Source: Alphaproteobacteria bacterium
GTDB taxonomy: Bacteria > Pseudomonadota > Alphaproteobacteria > UBA2966
Direction of reading: 5' to 3'
DNA length: 64,000 nucleotides
Assembly (NCBI GenBank): GCA_964291395.2
Contig: OZ219858.1
Coordinates: 288,001 to 352,000 of the forward strand
Each line of letters starts with the position of its first letter. Within the stretch, counting starts at the first letter, position 1. Under the pieces are notes generated by a model. That model was given only the letters and a program-made list of their open reading frames with translations, did no database searches and was not told the DNA's origin. This document shows, piece after piece, positions 57,469 to 64,000 of this stretch. Position numbers and translations under genes: made by a program.

Positions 57469-57591
57469 TCGCTTCGTGCGAAGCTTTACGCACGGCGGCC
57501 TCCGATGCCCTAGCGAAGGACTCTCCCTTGACCGCCAACGCCGGATCGGCAATCTAATGGAGACTCCGTCTGAACTTCGGATCGATCTGAC

Positions 57592-60500
57592 GTGACCGAT
57601 ACGGCTCGAGAATGGGGTAGCGGTGATACCCCCCTGCCGATCGCGGCGAATGAGGACAATCTGACGCTGCACTGGGCGCGATGGCGCGAGACGGCACGGG
57701 ACAGTTCCGACGAAACCATCCGTGTCTTCGCCGAGAACGTCGAAAGGGACCCCACCGCCAGTACCCTGCTCGCTTCAGTATTCGGGAACAGCCCCTATCT
57801 CAGCCGCTCGCTGATCGCCGATCAGACCTTTGCCCGGGTGTTGATCGAAGACGGTGCCGACGCGGCCTATGCCATGGCACTCGAAGCAGCGGACGACGGC
57901 ACCGACGACGACGGCGAGTCCATGGAAACGGCGATGAAGCGTCTGCGTGTCGCCAAGCGCCGTGCCGCGCTGGCCATCGGAGTTGCCGACATCGCTGCCG
58001 TCTGGCCGCTCGAAAAGGTCACCGCCGCGCTCTCGAATTTCGCTGAAGTGGCGCTTCGGGCGGCTTGCCGCCACCTGCTCGCCGGACAGCACCGGGCGGG
58101 CTACCTGGAGTTGACCGATCTTCGAGCGCCCGAGCGGGGCTCCGGGCTGCTGGTGCTCGGCATGGGCAAGCTCGGCGCGAGAGAGTTGAACTATTCCAGC
58201 GATATCGATCTGATCGTGTTCTACGATCAGGACTCGGTGCCTCATACCGGCAAGGGCGGTTTGCAGCAGATCTTCGTCCGGCTGGCCCGTGACCTCGTCA
58301 AGATGATCGGCGAGCAGACCAGAGACGGCTATGTGTTCCGGACCGATCTCAGGCTGCGTCCCGATCCCGGCTCCACGCCGCTGGCGCTTTCCGTGCAGGC
58401 GGCCGAGAACTACTACCGGCGCGCCGGGCGCAACTGGGAGCGTGCGGCCATGATCAAGGCACGCGCCGTCGCCGGCGATATCGAGAGGGGAGAGGCGTTT
58501 CTAGCCTCGCTCGCGCCCTTCATCTGGCGGCGCCACTTGGACTTCGCGGCGGGCCAGGACATCCAGGCGGTCAAGCGGCAGATCGACGCGTCTCGCCGAG
58601 CCGACCGGACGGCCGTCGCGGGCCACAACGTCAAGCTCGGACGCGGCGGCATCCGCGAGATCGAGTTCTTCGCGCAAGCCCAGCAGTTGATCTGGGGCGG
58701 CCGGACTCCGGCGTTGCGGGTGTTCGGCACCTTGAACGCACTCGACGCGCTGGTCGCCGCTGGGCGCGTGGCACCCCGAGCGGCTAGGGAGCTGCGATCG
58801 GCGTACGAGTTTCTCCGGCAGCTCGAGCACCGGTTGCAGATGGTGAACGACGAGCAGACCCACAGCCTGCCGGAAAGCGAGGAGGGAGTGGCAGCGATCG
58901 CTGTCTTCATGGGCTTCGATTCGGTCGACGCCTTCTCGGAAGAGTTGCTCGGCCATCTGCGCATCGTCGAGGGTTGGTTCGGGACGCTGTTCGAAGATAA
59001 GCTCGACGCCGCGTCGGAGCAGGGACTGGTTTTCTCCGACGAGGAAGACGTCCCGGAAACGCTCGAAGCTCTGGCCAGGATGGGCTTTGGGGAGCCGCGA
59101 CGGGTAACGGCGATGGTTCGAGCCTGGCTCGGCGACCGCTATCCGGCGATGCGGAGCGAGCGGGCGCGTCAACTCCTGGACGAGCTCGTGCCGACCGTGC
59201 TCCAGGCTTTCGCCGACTCGCCTCGTCCCGACCCCGCTCTGTCACGTTTCGACGCGTTTCTCGCCCGCCAACCCGACGGTGTCCGGCTGTTTTCCTTGTT
59301 GACCGCGCATCCCGAAATATTCGGCTTGATCGCCGAGATCATGGGCGCGGCCCCTCGGCTCGCCGCCTGGTTGACCAGTCATCCGGGTTTGCTCGACAGC
59401 GTTCTCAGCCGCGACTTCTCCGATCTCGACCTGCCGGATGACGCGGCGATGGACGAGGAAACGGTGGAAGCCGCGCGCCGGGGGTTGATCCGCCTGTTCT
59501 ATTCCCGGGAATTCACCGCCGCAGAGATGGTCACCGAACTCGACGCCGCGGTCCAGCAAGCCGCGGACTTGCAGGACCTTCTGGACGTGGTGCGGCGCTG
59601 GGCCAACGACCGGGTGTTTCAGATCGGCGTGCACATGCTGCGCGGCCTGCTGCCGCCGGTCGACGCGGGGCGGTCGCTCTCGGATATCGCCGATGTCTGC
59701 ATCGGTGCCCTGATGCCGGTGATCGAGAGGGAATTCGCCGCCGATCACGGTCGCGTTCCGGGCGGCGAGGTGGCGGTGGTAGCGTTCGGCAAGCTCGGCA
59801 GTCGCGAAATGACGGTGGGTTCGGATCTCGACCTGCTGTTCCTCTACGATTACGATTCCGACGCCACCCGATCCGACGGCAGAAAGGCGCTGCAGCCGAG
59901 CGACTACTACGCCCGATTGTGCCGCCGCTTGATCGGCGCCGTCGCGGCCCCGACCAGCGAGGGCAAGCTGTACGACGTGGACATGCGCCTGCGCCCGTCG
60001 GGAAATGCGGGCCCGATCGCCTGTTCCAGGGAAGCTTTCGTGAACTACCAGCGCGCCGATGCCTGGACCTGGGAACATCAGGCGCTGACCCGGGCGCGCG
60101 TGATCTATGCGGAAGGCGGGCTCGGCTCGTTGTTCGACGAGGTGAAGCACTCCGTGCTGACGCTACCGCGGGAGGGCGAACAACTCGCTGCCGATATCGT
60201 CGGCATGCGCGAACGGATACGGGACGAACATGGAAGCGACGACGCCTGGTCGATCAAGCATCGGCGCGGCGGTCTCTTGGATGTCGAGTTCATCGCCCAG
60301 TTCCTGCAATTGTCGGTGGCGGCGCGGCGGCCGGAGATCTTGGCCGGAGATGCGATTTCCGTCTTCGAGATCGCGGGTACCCATGGCGTGATCGATGCCG
60401 ATACCGCCCGGGAACTGGCGGACGCGACGCGGCTGTGGCGGAATCTACAGGGCATCCTGCGCCTGACCGTCGAGGGCGAAATCATCGGAGAGGAAGCGAT

Positions 60501-60627
60501 GATCTCCGTCAAAAGTATCATCGGACAGGCTGGCGGTAAGCTGGTCTTCGATGCGCTGGTCGAGTCGATGGAAGAGACCGCGGCCCGCGTGGCACGGCAT
60601 TTCGACACGCTGCTGGCCGCGGGATGA
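57592..60627 (+). CDS. glnE: Bifunctional glutamine synthetase adenylyltransferase / adenylyl-removing enzyme
   Basis: Two nucleotidyltransferase domains: GMGKLGARELNYSSDIDLI, YVFRTDLRLRPDP, NVKLGRGGIREIEF; and GKLGSREMTVGSDLDLL, DMRLRPSG, AWTWEHQAL. Confidence 0.93.
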   Translation: MTDTAREWGSGDTPLPIAANEDNLTLHWARWRETARDSSDETIRVFAENVERDPTASTLLASVFGNSPYLSRSLIADQTFARVLIEDGADAAYAMALEAADDGTDDDGESMETAMKRLRVAKRRAALAIGVADIAAVWPLEKVTAALSNFAEVALRAACRHLLAGQHRAGYLELTDLRAPERGSGLLVLGMGKLGARELNYSSDIDLIVFYDQDSVPHTGKGGLQQIFVRLARDLVKMIGEQTRDGYVFRTDLRLRPDPGSTPLALSVQAAENYYRRAGRNWERAAMIKARAVAGDIERGEAFLASLAPFIWRRHLDFAAGQDIQAVKRQIDASRRADRTAVAGHNVKLGRGGIREIEFFAQAQQLIWGGRTPALRVFGTLNALDALVAAGRVAPRAARELRSAYEFLRQLEHRLQMVNDEQTHSLPESEEGVAAIAVFMGFDSVDAFSEELLGHLRIVEGWFGTLFEDKLDAASEQGLVFSDEEDVPETLEALARMGFGEPRRVTAMVRAWLGDRYPAMRSERARQLLDELVPTVLQAFADSPRPDPALSRFDAFLARQPDGVRLFSLLTAHPEIFGLIAEIMGAAPRLAAWLTSHPGLLDSVLSRDFSDLDLPDDAAMDEETVEAARRGLIRLFYSREFTAAEMVTELDAAVQQAADLQDLLDVVRRWANDRVFQIGVHMLRGLLPPVDAGRSLSDIADVCIGALMPVIEREFAADHGRVPGGEVAVVAFGKLGSREMTVGSDLDLLFLYDYDSDATRSDGRKALQPSDYYARLCRRLIGAVAAPTSEGKLYDVDMRLRPSGNAGPIACSREAFVNYQRADAWTWEHQALTRARVIYAEGGLGSLFDEVKHSVLTLPREGEQLAADIVGMRERIRDEHGSDDAWSIKHRRGGLLDVEFIAQFLQLSVAARRPEILAGDAISVFEIAGTHGVIDADTARELADATRLWRNLQGILRLTVEGEIIGEEAMISVKSIIGQAGGKLVFDALVESMEETAARVARHFDTLLAAG

Positions 60628-60729
60628 CCTCATCGTCGGACCACCCGCCCGGTCTCGCCATCCATGGCGAACGGGGGTGTGACCTCCGATCCAGTTTGGG
60701 GGACGCGAAGTCGCAGAACAGAAAAGGAA

Positions 60730-61074
60730 ATGGCGATGGAGGTGAGAACCGAGCGACGAAATGCAACCTTGGTCGCCGAGGTTGAGGGCCGTATCGACGG
60801 TATCGCCGCCCGCGAGCTCGAGGATGCGATGAAATCTGCGATCAGCGATGAGGACGCCGCTGTGATCGTCGACCTTGAGAGCGTCTCCTATATCAGCAGT
60901 GCGGGCCTCAGAGCGATTCTGCTGGTCGCCAAGGACCTCTGGAAACGTGACGCGAAAGTCTCCTTGTGCTCGCTCAGGAAGCCAATTCGCGAAGTTTTTG
61001 ACATCGCCGGCTTCCACAAGATCATCAAGATCCACGATACCAAGGCGGAAGCACTGACCGAGACCGGTGACTAA
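60730..61074 (+). CDS. STAS domain protein (anti-sigma factor antagonist)
   Basis: VEGRID, VDLESVSYISSAGLRAIL (phospho-Ser motif), IREVFDIAGF. Confidence 0.88.
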   Translation: MAMEVRTERRNATLVAEVEGRIDGIAARELEDAMKSAISDEDAAVIVDLESVSYISSAGLRAILLVAKDLWKRDAKVSLCSLRKPIREVFDIAGFHKIIKIHDTKAEALTETGD

Positions 61075-61364
61075 GCCGGACGGTGTTTGAGCTCGACCTC
61101 GACAAACCGAAGCTCGCCCCCGGGGCCGTTGATCACGTCGTGCTCGACTCCCGCCTCCCGGAAATAGGAGACGCCGGCGATCATCTCGAACGGCGTACGC
61201 TTGCCCTCTCCATCCTCGATCTCCACCACGCCGCCGATCACCGGGGTGATGACGTAGTCGAAGCCGTGCCGATGCCAACCGGTCGCGGCGCCCGGCTCGA
61301 ACGCCCATTCGGTCACCCGGACATGTTCGTTATCGATATGAATCGTGGAAACGGCTTTGTTCAT
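61071..61364 (-). CDS. Cupin domain protein (BauB-like)
   Basis: IDNEHVRVTEWAFEPGAATGWHRHGFDYV, SYFREAGVEHDVIN, FVEVELK. Confidence 0.85.
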   Translation of the reverse strand: MNKAVSTIHIDNEHVRVTEWAFEPGAATGWHRHGFDYVITPVIGGVVEIEDGEGKRTPFEMIAGVSYFREAGVEHDVINGPGGELRFVEVELKHRPA

Positions 61365-61476
61365 GGCGTTGGATTTCCGTAGACAGGACGTCATCAAACG
61401 GTGGACTGGCGCTGGCCCCGTTCCGTGTTGTCGTGAATAGTGGGACCATAGGACAGAACGGGTGGGAGGGAAATCG

Positions 61477-62367
61477 ATGACCGAATACCGCTATCCCGAC
61501 GCGATCGTCTCGACGGATTGGCTCGCCGACCGTCTCGATGATCCCGAGCTCCGTATCTACGAGAGTACGGTGTTTCTGCACCACGTGGAGGAAGGGCCCG
61601 ACGCACCATATCGCGTGGAGAGCGGCCGTGCCCGATACGAGGCGGCACATATCCCCGGCGCGGGGTTTCTCGACATCGCGAATGATCTTTCCGATCCCGA
61701 CGCGCCCACGCATTTCATGATGCCCTCGGCCACCCGGTTCGCCGAGGTCGTCGGGCGCGCCGGCCTCGGCGACGGCGCCCGAGTCATCGTCTACAGCCGC
61801 GGCAACAAGCAGTGGTCCACACGCCTGTGGTGGATGCTCCGGGCCATGGGGTTCGATAACGCCGCGGTGTTGAACGGAGGCTGGGAAAAATGGACCGCCG
61901 AGGGCCGGCCGACATCCGGCGTACCCCCCGCCTATCCGCCCGCCACCTTCACGCCGCACCCCCGGCCCGAGCTCTTTGTCGGCAAGGAGGCCGTGGCCGC
62001 CGCCATGGACGATCCGGGTATCTGTACGATCAACGCGCTCCTGCCGGAGCTTCACCGGGGCGAGAGCAAACGTTATGGCCGGCCCGGTCATATTCCGGGC
62101 AGCGTCAACCTCCCCTGCGGCACGCTGCTCGATCCCGAGACCAATGTGTTCCTGCCTCCCGATGCGGTGCAGGCCCGTCTCGACGCGGTCGGCGCAACGC
62201 CCGGCAAGAGGCCCATCGTCTATTGCGGGGGTGGCATAGCCGCGACCCTCGACGCCTTTCTCATGCACCAGCTCGGCTACGAGGACATCTCGGTTTACGA
62301 CGCCTCGATGAGCGAGTGGGCCAAGGACGAATCTCTGCCGATCGAGGCCGATCGACGGAAGGCCTGA
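61477..62367 (+). CDS. Two-domain rhodanese / SseA-like sulfurtransferase
   Basis: IVSTDWL, HIPGA, RLWWML, LNGGWEKW, GHIPGSVN, active-site YCGGGIAA, YDASMSEW. Confidence 0.9.
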   Translation: MTEYRYPDAIVSTDWLADRLDDPELRIYESTVFLHHVEEGPDAPYRVESGRARYEAAHIPGAGFLDIANDLSDPDAPTHFMMPSATRFAEVVGRAGLGDGARVIVYSRGNKQWSTRLWWMLRAMGFDNAAVLNGGWEKWTAEGRPTSGVPPAYPPATFTPHPRPELFVGKEAVAAAMDDPGICTINALLPELHRGESKRYGRPGHIPGSVNLPCGTLLDPETNVFLPPDAVQARLDAVGATPGKRPIVYCGGGIAATLDAFLMHQLGYEDISVYDASMSEWAKDESLPIEADRRKA

Positions 62368-62413
62368 CGGGATTTCCGTACGTCCCGTCAGGGTCGACCG
62401 CGCGATAGCCTCG

Positions 62414-63403
62414 TCAGACCTCCTTCTCCACCAGCGGCAGCACCTCGTTCGCAATGATGTCGAGCTGCTCTTCCTTCCAGGTGACCGGATTGAGCGCGAT
62501 CCACTCGCAGCCGCCCAGCGCCCTCACGCGTCCGGCGATCTTCTCCGCCACCTGCTCCACCTCCCCGCACAGGTAATATTCCTGCCAGTAGGGCAGATCC
62601 ATGCCCGAATAGACGGAAAAGTGCTCGACCGCGTTCTCGGGATTCTCACCGGGTTTCAATACGTAGATCCAGTTGTTGTAGACCGTGGACATGTCACCCG
62701 GATCTCGCCCGAAATCGCCCATGAAGGCTTGGATCTTCTCCCAGTCGTGGTTGATCATGTCGAGGCTGGCCGGCGCGTGCGGCACCCACGTCTCGGCATA
62801 CTTGGCGATCCGTTTCAGCACGGGCTCGATATTGGTGACCTTCTGACCGTACTTCTTTTCGAAGGTCATGCTGCCGCCGCCCATCCAGATGGGCGGATGA
62901 GGTTGCTGCGCCGGCTTCGGGTCGATGGTGAGGTCCTTCACCTGATAGTACTTGCCCTCGTACGTGACGTTGTCCTCCGTCCACAGCGCCGTGAGCAGTT
63001 CCAGCATCTCGTTCATGCGCCGCCCTCGCTCGTTATGGGGCACGCCCATGAGCTCGAACTCCTTTTCGTGCCAACCGACGCCGATTCCGAGGATCGAGCG
63101 TCCGCCCGACAACAGGTCCAAGGTGGCCCATTCCTTGGCGAAATAGGCGGGATTCCGGATCGGCAGGACGAGCACGAGCGTGCCGAGCCGGATGGTACGG
63201 GTCACACCCGACAACGCCGAGAGCATCGACAGGGGTTCCAGCCAAGTGCAGGCGTAGGCGGGCGGCGTGAGCAGCAGATGGTCGATACTGAAGGCCGCCT
63301 CGAAACCGAGGTCTTCCGCCTTACGAAGATAGGCGCCCATTTCCTGAAGCGTGGCCGTCTCGGGTCCGAGCGCGTAGCTGGGAATTCTCAGTCCGTATCT
63401 CAT
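62414..63403 (-). CDS. LLM class flavin/F420-dependent oxidoreductase
   Basis: AEDLGF, DHLL, VTRTIRLGTLVLVLP, ATLDLLSGGR, GVGWHEKEF, PKPAQQPHPPIWMGG. Confidence 0.9.
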   Translation of the reverse strand: MRYGLRIPSYALGPETATLQEMGAYLRKAEDLGFEAAFSIDHLLLTPPAYACTWLEPLSMLSALSGVTRTIRLGTLVLVLPIRNPAYFAKEWATLDLLSGGRSILGIGVGWHEKEFELMGVPHNERGRRMNEMLELLTALWTEDNVTYEGKYYQVKDLTIDPKPAQQPHPPIWMGGGSMTFEKKYGQKVTNIEPVLKRIAKYAETWVPHAPASLDMINHDWEKIQAFMGDFGRDPGDMSTVYNNWIYVLKPGENPENAVEHFSVYSGMDLPYWQEYYLCGEVEQVAEKIAGRVRALGGCEWIALNPVTWKEEQLDIIANEVLPLVEKEV

Positions 63404-63516
63404 CCGCCTCGATCCTCCCTGAACTGTCTTGCGGCCTTGAACACGCAGCACCGTGCCGGCTCGGGATCTACTTTCTCATACCGGTGACGAGCAGGCCAAG
63501 GGCGGGGCTCGCGATG

Positions 63517-63574
63517 TGCCGGTAACACACGATATGTCCGGTCCATGTACCAGATGATCCGTCCGGTTTTGAAA
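63517..63574 (-). mobile_element. Isolated IS terminal sequence (IS21/ISNCY-like end)
   Basis: TGCCGGTAACACACGATATGTCCGGT...CCGTCCGGTTTT with two internal GTCCGGT boxes. Aligns by eye with the end at 63824. Confidence 0.5.
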
Positions 63575-63653
63575 GGCCTCCAAGCCACGGAGGGTTCGGA
63601 GGCGTCGGACGGCGCCGGCACCCCGCCCAACCCGGCGGACGAAGCGGGACAAC

Positions 63654-63680
63654 CCGAGACTAGGCGAGACTAGGCGAGAC
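63654..63680 (+). repeat. 10-bp tandem repeat (GCGAGACTAG type)
   Basis: ccgagactag-gcgagactag-gcgagac. Shares CCGAGACTAGGCGA with 38747-38760. Confidence 0.8.
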
Positions 63681-63698
63681 GAGACCGCGGCGCGGCTG

Positions 63699-63813
63699 TT
63701 GAGCCAAGCCGAGGCGGCGGAGATACCAGGGGTCTCGGAGCGCACCTTCCGGCGCCGGCGCGCGCTGTCTTCCGGACCACAACACAAGCGGTCAACTCAT
63801 AGGGTACATAAAC
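63699..63813 (+). pseudogene. ISNCY/IS481-like transposase HTH fragment plus partial end
   Basis: LSQAEAAEIPGVSERTFRRRR followed by end-like ACAAGCGGTCAACTCATAGGGTACATAAAC. Confidence 0.6.
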
Positions 63814-63823
63814 AGGGCGGGGC

Positions 63824-64000
63824 TGTCGCTAGCAAGTAGAATTGTCCGGTTTTCATAGCACATCGATTGGCCGCTTCTGTTGAGGTTGCCGGGCCTGTGG
63901 GGAAGTGGTCAGGCGCGGAGCGACTGTCCACTTGTCCACAGGCCGCGGGCGGGTCGCGTCGAAGCGGGTCACGCGGCCTTCCGGGTTTGAGTTTCGACGT
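63824..64000 (-). mobile_element. Right end of an ISNCY/IS481-like element running off the window
   Basis: TGT terminus (TGTCGCTAGCAAGTAGAATTGTCCGGTTTT), subterminal palindrome GGCCTGTGG...CCACAGGCC (63892-63944), and ORF end ...VETQTRKAA* (stop at 63969-63971). Confidence 0.65.

Noticed and set aside
57592-63403. glnE-STAS-cupin-rhodanese-LLM as part of the PKS cluster
   Set aside because: They lie outside the att repeat at 57446-57468, and glnE is a core gene.

Overview
GC-rich alphaproteobacterial (Rhodospirillales-like by gene order; inferred) chromosomal window. Positions 1-37.5 kb are ordinary core genes: mutS (partial), maeB, htpG, mdh-sucCD-sucA-odhB-lpdA, xerC, fsa, priA, atpHAGDC, rppH, an S41 protease, an EnvC-like gene, gpmI, rlmH, rsfS, nadD, proAB, obgE, rpmA and rplU. 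A tRNA-Ser(CGA) at 38346-38434 is the insertion site of a ~19 kb genomic island. Its far end is a 21/23-nt copy of the tRNA 3' end at 57446-57468. The island has lost its mobility genes (two integrase relics and an IS1182-like fragment remain). It carries a B12-dependent radical SAM enzyme, an RND efflux pair, an HSD10-like SDR, a mono-modular highly reducing type I PKS/FAS (KS-AT-DH-pseudoMT-ER-KR-ACP, split by a 1-nt frameshift near 49840), a thioester reductase-sulfotransferase fusion and an internally deleted SdsA1-type alkyl sulfatase. This matches the architecture of the sponge-symbiont swf clusters, whose product I recall as uncharacterised. It suggests a make/methylate/sulfate/export/recycle pathway for a (methyl-branched) alkyl sulfate lipid. 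After the island come glnE, a STAS protein, a cupin, a rhodanese, an LLM oxidoreductase and a cluster of IS ends. All calls come from motif recognition by eye; no database searches were run.
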